NCBI RefSeq assembly: GCF_009914755.1
Contig: NC_060942.1
Reading direction: 5' to 3' (one strand)
DNA length: 64,000 nucleotides
From: the human T2T-CHM13v2.0 reference genome, Homo sapiens
Shown here: in pieces, positions 26,269-40,825 of the stretch
How positions within the stretch are numbered: the stretch's first letter is position 1
Layout: each line of letters starts with the position of its first letter
Position numbers and translations under genes: made by a program
Notes under the pieces: model-generated
Told to the model about the DNA's origin: nothing
Database searches by the model: none
Seen by the model: the letters and a program-made list of their open reading frames with translations, nothing else

Positions 26269-26479
26269 ATATTGTTGAGGCATTTCAGATTAAGTTGTAT
26301 AGGAAAAGAGGCAGTCAGGCAGAAAAGCAGCTGAAAATCAAAGGAAAATTGTTCATTTTAAAGTGTTGGAAAAATTAAAATTTGAATCAAGAAGCTTCTA
26401 AGGAAGATGGACCCTGCTTATTATCACAGATTCACTGTTTATTCTCCAAAAGGTCTACATTGGTGTCAAGGTGAATCAA

Positions 26480-27075
26480 AGGTGGATCTAGCCAAAAACT
26501 ACATATTAGACTGGAATAATTTCAGTCCCTAAAAGATTGAGAAGATTTGTCCCTACTCCAACTGCACATCAGACAAATCTACCCTGAAGGAAGATAACTA
26601 CATCCAGAGGCTTTATGAATTTTTCATATATAAGCCCTGGCATTCAATAGAATATTCAATTAAAAAAAACAAAGTTGTACAAAACATCAGTAGAAACAAA
26701 CCCAGAGTTAATCTATTTATTTATATTATTACAAATGGACTTAAAGAAGTTGTACTTAGTAAATTGGATAAAATGTATGACAAAATAGAGAACTTCACCA
26801 CAAAATTCAAACCCATATAAAAAAAGCATTAATTAGAAATTATACAATGAATAAATATAATGACTGAAATTGAGAAGTTAGGTAGATAATAATGGATTTG
26901 ACACAGCTGAAGAAAAAAAACAATAAAAGAGAAAGTAAGTCAGAAAAAAATAATCTCAAGCATGGGCAACAAACAGGGTGGAAAATATGAAAAAGCAGGT
27001 AAGGGCTATGTAGGTCAGGATGGAAAAGTTTTTCATGAATTTAATTGGATTTCTAGGAAGGGAGGAGAGAATAGG
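26480..27075 (+). mobile_element. Old L1M ORF1-region fragment
   Basis: 'aaaatagagaacttcacc...ataatgactgaaattgag...ggatttgacacagctgaagaaaa...aattggatttctaggaagggaggagag'. Confidence 0.7.
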
Positions 27076-27321
27076 CAATCCATCACCATCTTTGGCGTGG
27101 ATCCCTCTGTCATAAGGAATGCTCACTGATTTTCTAGCAGTCTTGCTCACACTGACATTTTGGGGTTCCTGTGTTTGTTTGTTTGTTTGTTTGTTTGTTA
27201 GGTCTTTTATTGGCTTCCAGTAGTCTTCTTTCTGTGTCCTTGCATTTTGGTTTGCATCTGCCTAATACTGTGGGTCTTTTTTCTTGAGTTTTCTATTAAA
27301 TTAGTGTCTTATTTCTCAGGT

Positions 27322-27326
<5 letters not shown>

Positions 27327-27360
<34 letters not shown>
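27327..27360. repeat. (TG)n microsatellite; (GTTT)n nearby at ~27173-27199
   Basis: Direct reading. Confidence 0.95.
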
Positions 27361-27362
<2 letters not shown>

Positions 27363-27658
27363 AGACAAGCATTTGTTATTTTGTCTGAATTTTAAGCAAA
27401 TTAATTTTGGGCTTAGTCAACTTTCTAGATTCAACTCAAGTCTTTTCAAGTTCTTGCTTATTTTTTGCATGCACTTCAGTTATTTTAAGAGTTAAAAAAA
27501 TATATATATATAGTCTCAAATGATTAATTCACATGTCACAGTGTGAGGTGCATTGAAATCCCCTTTGACCAGAAATTTAGAATATGGACCAAAACACTTA
27601 TTGAATATATATAATGAAGATATTTGTTGGGCTCTAATAATTATGATAATGTGATGTA

Positions 27659-27840
27659 CATTTTGTCAAAACTTATAGTGTTAGTTGTTTAACTCATTAA
27701 AACCAGACTGTCTTAGATGAATATAATTATAAATCTTGCTAAAATATGTTTAAAATTATTTTATCTGGATACCAGGTTCACAAAATGTGTCTTATAATTT
27801 TTTAGTTATTTTAATTTCAGTTTTATTTGGAATGTTCTAA
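27659..27840 (+). repeat. Inverted repeat C, left arm
   Basis: Reverse complement aligns with 28997-29181. Confidence 0.9.
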
Positions 27841-28996
27841 TGTATGTATCTAATCTCCTCTCTTGTTTTTTCAATAACACTTGTTTGATATATAAATTTA
27901 GCAAGAAGCAGTTAGCTTGAAATTATTATATTTCTAATGTCTCATAACTTAAAATATATAATTATTCAAACATTTAAGCTGGCCTTAAATAAATAAATTT
28001 GAAAATCTTATAGGTAAACTTATACTGTTACTAAAGCATAAAAATTTACATAATAAAATTTTAGAATATAGTACTTTAATGGAAGACTAGGCAAGTCACT
28101 ATGGAATGTTAATAATTTAGATGTCATCACACGAATAGCAAACTATTTTTGTAAAGTTTAATCTTTTTTAATGTTAATAAATCAGTGGAACAATTGTCAT
28201 TACCATATAAATTACTGTTGCTGTTAGCTTTAAAAATATGAATTGGCAAAACTTATGCAACTGAAGAGAAAATTGTAAATTTTCCTGAAATTTAAAATTG
28301 CAGTTAATTTACAAAAACTTTATTCTTTTTATCCAAATCATCAGCTATAAAATTATAAGTATGCTTGATGTTCATAAATAAACATTTTAATGTATATTTG
28401 CAGAGATACATTTTAACAATACAAGTAATACTTTCTTTAAGATATATGTTATATCCATTGACATCTCTCCATCACTGGAGTCTCCTCTCAAAAACACATT
28501 CATAGGGAAAGGAAACAGAGAAAAATGAAATTCTTCAAGGTAATTTAAAACATAACGATAAAAAACAGAGATGTATTTTCATTACCCTCAGATTTCTACA
28601 GGCAAATCATTCTTAACTGGCAAAATATTATTTGATTTCAATTCTGCCACAGTTAACAGCAATAACAAAAAATTAAAGATAAATTCATCGCCAGAACTAC
28701 CACTAGTTCTTCCGGTTCCCTACAGTACTTTCTTCAAGTTGGATTTTAAACTACAACTAGCTAATATTACCCAGACCCTGAAACCAGTTATCTTATATTG
28801 CCTTACTCATAGCTTTCCTGTGTTTTGCATTTGATTTTAGTGTGCTCTATAGAATTATCACTTATGCACATGTAAATAAAAATATTTGCCATTCTAAAAC
28901 AGAATAATGCCATGTGAAGTAATAAATACTTACAAAAATAATTTATTTCATTACCTGAATGTTAAATACTGTAAACTTCTCAAGAGTGTATCTGAT

Positions 28997-29181
28997 TTAG
29001 AACATTCTAAATGAAACTGAAGTGAAAAAGAACTGCACAATTATAAGACATACTTTGTGGACTTGATATCCAGATAAAATAATTTAAAACATATTTAAGC
29101 AAGATGTGTAATTATATTCATCTAAGTCAGTCTGGTTTTGATGAGTTGAATAACTAATACTCTTATATGTGACAGGAAATG
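28997..29181 (-). repeat. Inverted repeat C, right arm
   Basis: e.g. ttcatctaagtcagtctggttttgatgagttgaataactaa is the reverse complement of ttagttgtttaactcattaaaaccagactgtcttagatgaa with 4 mismatches. Confidence 0.9.
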
Positions 29182-29379
29182 GAAATAAAAGATAAGTTCC
29201 AAGTAGGGGAAAATGTCGTGCTAGAATCAGTACACAGAAAACATCTTATTTTGAATGTAAAGGTTAACACAATTTGATTAATAGAAAATGTTGTTTCATT
29301 TAACCACAATCATTAATGTTGAACAAATATTCTGTGGCTTTGTTTTTGAAGAACATGGTTTTATTAGCTCGCCTATTAC

Positions 29380-29790
29380 CCCGTAATTCTGCTGCCTCTT
29401 TCTAATCCAAGACACTCTCATTTCACATCATTCACAACTCTCATTTCCCAATTATTAATAGCCTCCAAACATATCTCCATGCTTTCTCTTTTGTTTCTTT
29501 CTCACACTGCCATGATCTATCTTATAAGCTTTACTGTCTTTCTGTTTTGAATTAAAAGCAAAAATAGCATCTGGTCTCCCCCCCTACCTTTCTGGCCATG
29601 TTCACTTCATTGAATGCCACTCCCTAGTGAGTTCATTATATTCTTATCCTGCCCTTTATCAGCTTCTTTAAAATGTCCAACTTTTTCCCAAGTCAGAGTA
29701 ATTTTATGTCAATTTACATTAGCCTAGAATGTTTGTTTCTTATACCTACATCTTTCTCGTCCCTTACCACCCTTCAAGAACACATATGAT
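29380..29790 (+). mobile_element. L2 3' fragment
   Basis: 'aatagcctccaaac...ctcacactgcc...gcctagaatg...ccttcaag'. Confidence 0.6.
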
Positions 29791-29800
29791 TTTAAAAAAC

Positions 29801-29812
29801 TTTTATTTTATT

Positions 29813-29859
<47 letters not shown>

Positions 29860-30140
29860 TTTTCGAGACAGAGTTTTGCTCTGTTTCCCAGGCTGGAGTG
29901 CAGTGCTGCAATTTTGGCTCACTGAAATCTCTGCCTCCTTGGTTCAAGCGATTCTCCTGCCTCAGCCTCCTGAGCAGCTCTGACTACAGGTGGGCACCAC
30001 CATGCCCGGCTAATTTTTGTATTTTTAGTAGAGATGGGGTTTCACCATGTTGGTCAGGCTGGTCTCAAACTCTTGACCTCAGGTGATCCACCCACCTAGG
30101 CCTACTGAAGTGCTGGGATTACAGGGGTGGGCCACCACGC
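29801..30140 (-). mobile_element. Alu (S-type) with (TTTA)n tail
   Basis: Full antisense Alu; flanking aagaacacatat/aagtacacatat is a probable TSD. Confidence 0.96.
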
Positions 30141-31229
30141 TTAAGTACACATATTTTTAATGTCTACTTCCTGCATACCCTGGAGATTTTAGTTAAAATG
30201 TTTCCTTTATAAGAAGCATCTGCAGAACTCTCTTGTTCAAAGGTATGCATCTTTCTCCTGCTCTGATTTGCAGAGCCATGTTCAACTTTTTAAATTGCTC
30301 TTGTAATAATGATAAACAGAGATATGTTTGTGAAAAAACTCTTATTTTCTCACTGGATTCTGAATCTGGTGAGGGAACAACATTATTCAAGGCTAAAATA
30401 GTGTGAGTACTTAATCACAATAAGATTAAATGTCCATTTTAAATTTAATTGCTATTTTAACGTTTGACATTACAAGGGAAAACACTTCAATAAAATGTTG
30501 ATTGGAAAAATATATCAAAGAAAGCTGTATATTTTTCTTGACATTCTGTGAAATTGTTCATAATCATCAGTATATGCAACCTAAAATTATAAATTAGGCT
30601 GAGATTTATATTAGAACTTTAAAATGGAGAAAAATGTGTGCTTTTTGAAATCCTGAGATCTTTCTCTCCTGGATATTGTCATTATTTTCATACACACATA
30701 AAAAAAGTGGCTTCATTTTGAAAAATATGTGAAAAATATTGTTTCTTCCTTGAAACTTTTAAATTGATATTTTCACATTTTTTGGCAGTGAGCATGTTTT
30801 TAAACATTCAGAAAGACTGAACTCTATTCAGTTGTAACTCCACAGAGTGCTAAACTAAATGTAATTGTTCATAAAGAGAAAAACAAAAATTAAGATTTAG
30901 AAAAGGTCAGGTTACCTGTAAGTCAGCAAGCTCATTGATATTCAGAAGCCACCATTGTCCCTGGATCTTGCATGCTCCCAGCACCCTACTTTGCTAGGCA
31001 TCATTTACATGCAGGCCACAGCAGATCTCTAAAGTGTATTTCATAGATAAAGAGTTAAGAGTACTAAATTTGTATGAAATGTTGTGAAGCTTAATTTTTC
31101 TATTTATTTCTGAGGATTCCATTATCTCAGTGTTGAGTATGTTTGTGAATTACTGTTTTTTTTTTCCACTTACAATTTTCCAAATCTAAAGATATAATAT
31201 CCACAATCAAGCTAACACCATAAATAAAG

Positions 31230-31530
31230 CATTGCACAGTGGCTCACACCTATAATCCCAGGACTTTGGGAGGCCTAGGCAGGTGGATAACTTGCAGCCA
31301 GGAGTTTGAGAACAGCCTGGGCAACACGGTGAAAAGCCATCTCTACTAAAAATATAAAGATTAGCCAGGAGTGGTGATCTGTGCCTGCAGTCCCAGCTAA
31401 TGGGGAGGCTGAGGTGGGAGGACTGCTTGAGTCCAGGAGGCAGAGGTTGCAGTGAGCTGAGCTCCACTCCAGCCTGGGCGACAAAATGAGACTGTGTTTC
31501 AAAAAATATATAAAAAAGTAAAAACAAAGA
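31230..31530 (+). mobile_element. Alu (J-type)
   Basis: Dimeric Alu with A-rich tail. Confidence 0.95.
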
Positions 31531-32149
31531 AAGGCATTGGCAAGTAGCTTATAAGAAAATTAACTTGTTTAAAGCACCATTTCTGAGTGTGAGTAAAGAT
31601 TGTGTGCTCTGTGTGGCCCTGCCCTGCCCTCTGTCCGTCATACCCTACAATTATTATTGTGCCTTCTGAAACAAGATTGCCTTCTCTTGAAAGAAGTTAA
31701 CTCTGATCATAAAGAAAGTTTTGAAATGGCAATGATAAAATTAAATCTTAGAATTAAAGAATACAGCAATAATCTAATCTCCAATCTCCACCCCTATAAC
31801 TCAGAGTATTCCTTACTACCTCCTGCTTCTTGATCTTTCTTCCTGTTCCTTTAACACTAAAAAGACTAGCATTTTATATTTCTCCTCCAGTATTGTCCAT
31901 CTCACTGTATCTCTGTGCATTCCTATCCTTACAGCTTTGGTACTTAATCCCAATTTCCTTTATCCTTTCTACCACTTATGCATCAAGCTCTTCAGCATCA
32001 GCAAATACCTTATATTCCTACTCACCTGCAAACTCCCACTCAATTTAAGTTTAATTCTGTGCCAAGTTTTTATAAACCTCCAAGTAAATCTGAAGAAAAC
32101 ATTTGCAACTAAGCTGACTTACCTCAAATTAAACTCATCACCATAGTTC

Positions 32150-32800
32150 CAAGGAGACCATTCTTGATACTCATGAATCATACCCTAATTCCAGCTGTAT
32201 TCCCACCCATTCTTCTGTCTCCTCAAATATTCAAGCCCTCCTCCTCCATCTCCACTCACAGCTGATGAGTTTGCTTCCTATTTTACTGAGTGTTCAGGAC
32301 TCCGCCCCCGCTCGCTTTTCTCCTCCCTCTCAGGCCACTACTTTTCATTCTAATTTGCCAGTTCCCTTTGTTACCCTGACCATCATTAAGGAGTCTCAGG
32401 TATCAGCCATTAATATAGTATCATATTGATCTACTTGCTTGTTGATCTCTTCTAGAGTTGTGTCTCTAAGTACCATACATATGCTGATGATTACAATATT
32501 TATGTCTCCAGACTAAACTTTTTCCTTGGAATCTAAACATTATATATACAACCAGCTACTTGACCTCTCTAGGTGGATATCCAAAAGCCATTTCAAATAT
32601 AACATTTGCATTAGTAAGCTCTTAATCACATCTCCCAAACTTCTTCCCCATCTCAATTAATGACAACTGCTTACTTCCAGTTATTTAGGCCAAGAGGTTC
32701 AAGTCATCCCTATTTACTCTCAGTTTCTTCAATACCTAATTCATTCAGTCAGTAAGTCTGTTTCCATTACCTTGAATAAATATCTAGAATCAATTTTGCT
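32150..32800 (+). mobile_element. L2 LINE fragment
   Basis: 'atatgctgatgattacaatatttatgtctccagac...acttgacctctctaggtggatatcc...ccagttatttaggccaag'. Confidence 0.75.
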
Positions 32801-33044
32801 TAATGCTATGAACCAATGTATACACTGCAGAAAATTCCTATCCATGTGCACCAGTAGACAGACCTGGTACATGTAATTAGAATGATGATCATTATCAGAA
32901 GAATCATCAGATCTGCATGGAAACTGTAGATACTGTGACTGGAGTATATATGTACTACTGTATATTAAATATCCATACAAGAAAATCTGTAACTTTTTAT
33001 TTCAGAAAACCTAACTTTTCTGAATATAAAAGAATGCTATATTT

Positions 33045-33320
33045 GTTAATTTATTCAAAATATATATATTAAACTCACATAGTGTAAAGCAAAATTCTTG
33101 ATGTTTGAGATTATTGGTAAACAAAATAAAAATACCTGCTTTAGTGAGACATTCTTATGAGAATATAAAGAAAATTTTAAAAATCAACATAATAAATATA
33201 TTAATTATGTGAAATATTAGAGGGTTATGAAAGCAATAAAAATGGGGAAAAGATGAGAATGATAAGTGGCAAAGGAATATTTCAAATTTAAATAAAGTGA
33301 TCTGTAGATAATATGGTGGG
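33045..33320 (-). mobile_element. L2 3'-end fragment
   Basis: 'ttattcaaaa...ggtaaacaaaataaaaatacctgc...tttaaataaagtgatc'. Confidence 0.5.
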
Positions 33321-34039
33321 ATACTTTGTAGCAGGGAACAAATGCCCCCATTCACAAATCAAATTTGCTGAATCTTATATATTTAATATTGATTTGAAAA
33401 AGCAGGATGCAGAATCATAGAATTTACAATTTGTATACAGCAAAAATCATATTCCCCATGGATAAAATATATGCTAAAAAACTACTTGAGAATTTTTTAA
33501 AATGTGGTTGGTAAAATAATTAGGATTTCCCATTGAAAATTCATTATATACTTTCTTAATCTGTGTGATAAATTAATGGATGCTAATTTTGTTGTCTTTT
33601 TAAATAAATTTTAAAAATATGCCTTTTGTTGCATACATCAAATATTTTGCTTTTAAAAGTTACAATATTTTTCATAATAATGTGCATAGTTTTATATTAG
33701 CCCTTTGCAAACTATATTGTTATACACATTCATAAGTATGAAAACAGAAAAAAAAATCTAGAAATATATAACTTTAAATTGTCAAATGTCTTTTCACCTT
33801 CTGACCAAATTGTAGGTTACCTGGAGCTGACAAATGTTTCTGTCAAGATATATATTTTTTAATAATAAAATTAATAGGTTTTATATGTAGAAAGAAACAA
33901 TATTTATTTGGAAAAAGTTACATAACTTCATAAGTAAAAGCAAAATTCTCAATGCTTCAGCAGGCCCTGAGCTCATTCCTCTTCTTCTGAAGGAGAAAGC
34001 CAGGTGCTTCTGCTTTGGATTGGAATGATTGGGCTGCTC

Positions 34040-34477
34040 CAGGTGGTGTCTGTGAGAATGTTTCTGGAGAAGATTAGCTAGCGGGCAGGTGGACTGAGTG
34101 GGGAAGATCTGCCCTTAGTGTGGGCAGACACTATCCAATCAGCTGGAGGCCTGAGTGAGGCCAAAAGGCAGAGGAGGAGAGAATTCTTGCTTTCTGTCTT
34201 CCAAAGCTGGGATGCCCTTCTTCTCTAGCCTTCGGATGTCAGAAATCCAGGTTCTGGGGTCTTTGGATTTATGGACTCCAGGACTCACACCAGTTCTCCC
34301 GTTTCATGCCCAAACTTTCAAGTTCTAGCCCTGAGAGTTGCACCATCAGTTTCCTTGGTTCTGAGGCCTTCAGACTTGGACTGAGCTGTGCTACTGGCTC
34401 CCCTGCTTCTCCAGCTTGCACATGGCCTATCTTGGGACTTCTCAGCCTCCATCACCAAGGGAGCCAATATCCCTAAT
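34040..34477 (+). mobile_element. MLT2 (HERV-L) LTR
   Basis: 'gtgtctgtgagaatgtttctggaagagattagc...ggactgagtggggaagatctgccc...ctccagcttgcacatggcctatcttgggacttctcagcctcc'. Confidence 0.9.
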
Positions 34478-34479
34478 TT

Positions 34480-35411
34480 ATGCTATGTTGTTATGATTAT
34501 GTTATTGGATTATGTATTTACTATATACCTTTTATCATTATTTTAGGGTACATTCCTTCTACGTAAGCAGGACCTTCAGGAGAGATTCCCAGAAGGCATT
34601 GTTATCACAGGTGATGACAGCTCTAAGCCTGTTATTGCTCCAAAAGACCATCCAGTGGGACAAGATGTGGAGGTGGAAGAGAGTGATGTTGATTATCTAA
34701 CTCTGTGTAGGCCTAGACTAATGTGCTAATTTGTGTGTTTGTGTCCTAGTTTTTGACAAAAACAAAAACAAAAAAGTTTAAAAAATAAAAAATTCAATAA
34801 ATTTAAAATAAAACAAAGAATATAAATTAAAAAGTTTTGTATAGCTGTACAATGTGTTTGTGTTTTAAGCTAAAAGGAATCAAATTAAACAAAATTAAAA
34901 GGTTTACAAAGTAAAAAAGTTATAGTAAGCTAAGGTTAATTTATTAAGGAAGAAAACTTTTTAAAATAAATTTAGTGTAGCCTCACTTTATAGCGCTTCT
35001 ACAGTCTACAGTAGTGTACAGTAATGTCCTAGGCCTTACGTCCACTCGCCACCCGCTCCCTGTCTCACCCAGAGCTACTTCCAGTCCTGTAAGCTCCATT
35101 CATGGTAAGTATAGTATACAGGTCTACCCTTTTTAATCTTTTATGTAACCATATTTTTATGTACATTTTTAATGTTCAAGTATGTTTAGTTACACAAATA
35201 CCATTATTTACCATTGCCTACAGAATTCAGTATAGTAACATGCTATACAGGTTTGTGTCCTGGAAGCAATAGGCTCTACCATATAACATAAGTGTGCAGT
35301 AAGCTACACCATCTAGGTTTGTGTAAGTACACTCTTCAATGTTCACACAACAAAATCATCTAAAGACACAGTTCTCAGAATGTATCCCCTTCATTCAGTG
35401 ATGCCTGACTG
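34480..35411 (+). mobile_element. Tigger3-family DNA transposon (3' part)
   Basis: 'cagtgggacaagatgtggaggtggaag...gtaagctaaggttaatttatt...ctcagaatgtatcccc...gatgcctgactg' followed by TA. Confidence 0.9.
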
Positions 35412-35699
35412 TACATATATGCATTTCAGAAGTACTCAGTATGAACCCTGTGTAAACTGAGGTAAGGTGATAATTTTTTCATTCAGAACGTTCTCAAAAA
35501 TGTTTAATATTTCATAGAAATATGTTAGTAACAGAAACACCACAGGTGTTAAAGCAACATGCTTGATTCTGTACGCATCTGTAACTGATAAGTACACTAA
35601 ATTTAGGTGCAGGTGAAATGATTCTATGTCTTTAAGGTCATATTTGAATATTTTCATATTTAAATTTATATATATATATTATATATATATGGAAAGAGA

Positions 35700-36046
<347 letters not shown>

Positions 36047-36219
36047 TGATTGACTTTATTTTTTTACATGTTTTGGTGAATTATTTCATTAATGGATTTT
36101 GTTTCAAGATACAAAATGGTGTTGTAAAGTTTTTGTTTCAAGAGTTTAATATCACCAAGAGAAGTATTTCTCTTTTCCTTTGTTACTCATGGATTAAAGT
36201 TTAGTTGTTAACCCACATC

Positions 36220-36360
36220 ATCAGGGCTCGTCAACCAACCAGATCATGAGGGATCTCCTTAGAAATGCATCATCTCAGGACCCTTCCACAGGCCTGCCCA
36301 AGCAAAACCTACATTTTAACATCTGAAACACATTCACAACATTATTCGAGGGACACTATT
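36220..36360. mobile_element. MER5-like hAT fragment
   Basis: 'ttagaaatgcatcatctcaggaccc...aacctacattttaaca'. Confidence 0.5.
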
Positions 36361-36881
36361 CTAATCCATCTATTTCCCCCCTTTCTCTCTGCTAATAGTT
36401 TAGTCCTTTATAGTTCATTAAAGTATCTGCAGGAGGTTTAAGTGTTTTCTGTTTATACTCCCCTTCTACTAAAAAGAAAAGAAAAAAAAATCAAATCTCT
36501 CCTATGCCTTAGCTTCTCTGTAATCTGAGGAAAACATTCACAGCCTTCACCATAGATAAGCCTTCCTTTTAAAAAGACGTCTGTGTGATCTAGTAGCAGA
36601 CAACTTCAGCGAACCCCTCCTGGACAAATCTGAATGACTGTTAATTTGACACTGGGACTTTTCTGTTTATCTATGTGCCATGATCTTTCCTGTTTCCCAG
36701 TGTGCAAGCACTATGCATGTCAACAATTGTTTTCCATTTATGATACAGTTCCTTTTATTTTGCTAGTTGTTATGTTTTCTTCAAATTTGCACTAAACTAG
36801 ATATCTAAAGAAAAACTTTCTTTAATCATTATTGCTGACATTTTATTTAATTAGTTGATGTGTTTAAAAATTATTTTCTTT

Positions 36882-37364
36882 TTACAGAGAGACTAAATAT
36901 ACCAATGGATGGTAGTCAGGCCATGTAAGCCAAGGAGACTTTGACTCAGTCTCTGTAGCCATCATTCAGGAAGCCAAACGGCCTCCGCAGCGATCGGCCC
37001 AGAAGAATCAGAGCTTGGTTAGTGACTTAGAGCTTTCCTAATATTTCCCCCTGCTTCCTACTTAGGAACAACCAGAGAAAGTCAAATATGTTCTCAGAAG
37101 AGTAAATGAGGATGCCCCACTTCTTAGTAGCCAACCCCAGCTTCCCCATACCTTCCAGTCCTCTTCGACACAGCTGCCACGACTGCCATCTCCCTTTTTT
37201 TTGCTATGAAACCTTCCTATCCCTCTACGCGCCTTTGAGTTTTTCCCAAACTCAAAGGCAGAGGATAGTGGCTGACTCCTTTGCTAGAGCAAAATCTAAA
37301 TAAATCAGCTTTGTTTGACTTTTCTGTTGGTTTCTCATTTGGGTCATCTTTGTTTATTTCCACA
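36882..37364 (+). mobile_element. ERV1-class solo LTR (MER110/MER90-like; subfamily uncertain)
   Basis: 'ggctgactcctttgctagagcaaaatctaaataaa...tttatttccaca' 3' end with polyA signal and CA terminus. Confidence 0.7.
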
Positions 37365-38471
37365 TTAGTAAATTAATGATTTGAAACAAAAAATGTCTTT
37401 ATCTTGGATGAAATTCATACAATCTGGTAGAAATAACAATTAAACAAATACGAGGAGATTAGCATATTATCTGTGCTTTTCTCTCAAAACTAAGAGTTCC
37501 CACTCCAGATTTAGAGTATCTATTTTTAAGTACGAAATACATTTTTGGTTTAGGTGCCCAGAAGCATAGACACATTGACATAATATTATGTTCAGAAAAT
37601 GTTTAAATTAAGAAAAGTATCGTTTCACTCTTCCAGTATATTTTTTTTGGTCTATCTTTTAAAATACTTTGCCTTGGTTTATATAGCTAGATTGTGGAAC
37701 AACAATTAACAAAAGTATTTCTAACCTGGGGGCAGTCATTTCTACGAAATTAATTTCAAAATAGTATGCTATTGCATTGCATTTTTATGCAAGCCACTTT
37801 TATAGAAAGCTGTATCCCAGTGCATTTGACAGAGTTAAATAATACAATTATGGAATAAAGTAATAGAAGTTGAAGAAAAAGATATGGTTTCAGATGAGAT
37901 TTGAAATGGCAGCTCCAATAATGCAGAAAGATAGAGAAAGCCTGTTCCAGATGTCAATCACTGCTGCTGAGAGGACTGGCAGCAATGATTTTGCGTGAAG
38001 TAATACAGAAAGGATAAATGAGTTCTATGTATTTTGGATGCATCAATTTTTATTATGCAATTTCAAGCAATGAAATTAAGGTTGAGAAAAAACTTGTTAG
38101 ATCTGAAAGCATAGTTTGATTTGGATTTAGACTCTGGTGATATTCATAGGGAACCTACTAAGCACTAGACAGCATACCAGAGTTTGCAACAGGTTATTGT
38201 GAGTTGCTAGAAAACTCCTACTCTATGATTATATAAAAAAAATTAACTATGGGTGAATGAAAACCCAAGATGCCAGAGTGCACAGCAGTAATTATAGCTA
38301 TATTTACAAAAAGATCAATTATGTTTTCAGGTTTAAAATTAATATTTTCTGATTATAATTATACATATATACACATATATGTGTTTAACATTTACGTGAA
38401 AATCAATATTTTCTGATTTTAAGTATAAGATATATATATATATATACATCATATATGTATTAAACATTTAC

Positions 38472-38578
38472 CTGATACAGAAAAGTATAACTCATACTAA
38501 TAACTCATGCTAATAACCCATACTTTTCTGATACAGAAAAGTATAACTCATACTAATAACTCATGCTAATAACCCATA
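38472..38578 (+). repeat. Perfect 51-bp tandem duplication with 5-bp spacer
   Basis: ctgatacagaaaag...aacccata at 38472-38522 and 38528-38578. Confidence 0.97.
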
Positions 38579-39239
38579 ATCCCACTACTCATAGATAACT
38601 ACTCCTAATATTTTTATTGACTTTCAGATTTTGTCTATGCATTTCCATACCTAATTTATATATGCATACATATCAATAAATGCACATGCACAAATTTATA
38701 AATGGAAATATACTATTCATAGCATTTAATATTTTAAAATTATAATTGCATCTCTTTGAGATAAAATACAGCAAAGAATCTCTCATTTAAAATGACAGAC
38801 ATGAATTGAAGTGATTTGTTTGAAATAACTCTGCAATTCACTGGAGTAAACATTATTATTAAGGTTTGATTAACAAAACAAAAGGGCTAATCTATTTCTG
38901 TTGTCCCATTCCCACATGCTGAGTCCCACCTGCCTGGTTCCACCTGGGTTCTTCTGTCCTGATTAGCCTGTTTTAATCAATGGATATTGGCTACTGCCCT
39001 GCAGTCTGGCTTTGCACAATGGTGATCGTGAATGCCCTTTATTAAAGCAAACTTGAACCACGTACGCTTATTCAGGGGGAGCCAAGATTGTCCAGCGGCC
39101 TCAATATTCAGTGCCTTTCAAAAGTTAGTCTTCTTTTTTCTGTCTTTTGGGGTTAAAGTGAATACAGCAGCTCTTCTGGCTGTGCAGAAGCCGTGGTAAC
39201 CTATGGAAGCCCTACCTTTTCTAAGAAAGTAACCTGTGA

Positions 39240-39726
<487 letters not shown>

Positions 39727-40825
39727 GACTCTCCTGTTTTAACCAATATTAATACTTCTCCCTCATCTCAGCTTAAATCAAATCCCACAACTTCCATGAA
39801 GACTCCTGACTGTCTCAAGACTTTATCTACCTCCTCTGAACCAGTGGGAAAGGTTTTTCAGCTCTTATACAAAGACACTATACTGATTAACTGACAATCA
39901 ACCTTTATTCAAACTGTCTCTCTAATTAACTCATAACACTTAGAAGGTGGATTCTATATTTGTTTACCCAAGCATCCTGTGGAATTTCTCATATACAAAT
40001 GTACTAATTAGGATTTTCTTTGCTGGTGACTGAAACCCCACTAGGATAAGATTAAGTAATTATTTGTTCATAATGGAAGACAGAGTTGCAGTTAGCCTCA
40101 TTTTGAGAATGAGATAACTGTCATTTCATCTCTTTCTGTGGACACTGGCTCTATATTCTTTTGTTGCAGATAGACTCATGTATTTTGGTGTGTATGAGAA
40201 GGTGAGCAAATATTGCCATAAATAATATTCATGTGGACCTTATAATATTCTTACAAGAAAGTTTTTTTTTTCATGGAACTCAACCTAGAAATTTCTAAAA
40301 AAGAATTCAACTTTCACATGCCCATTCCTGGATTTATTTCTAGGGTGATGGTGAGAAGGGGTATTATTATTAGCTTTCCTATATTATTTGTCTATTTGAG
40401 TAGTCATAAAGTATAAGCATATGATTCACATCTTCCAACAAAATCATGTATTTGTTTAGAGTCAAAATGGTTGCCAAAAGGCAGTGCTAAATGATTTCCT
40501 GATCATATTAAAATGTCTTATTCAAGTTGACTATAAATCTATTATTAGTAAATGTTAATAGATTACTGTAGCATTCAATGATGATAACATATATGATAAC
40601 AAAGACTTCCAAGATGAGAAAAAAAGCCTTACCCAATGGTGGTAATTTCTTCCATCATTATGCTGCAGTAGAAAAGATTTCTGTATGAGTGTTGGTTTAG
40701 AGAAAGTCTTCATATCCTAAAAATACTTCCTTCTTCAGGAAAGAAAATGAAAGACTGAAACAAGACATTAAAGGGCAATGAGAAGCACGATTTTAAAAAG
40801 TATTATGTAAAAAAAAAGTCAATTA

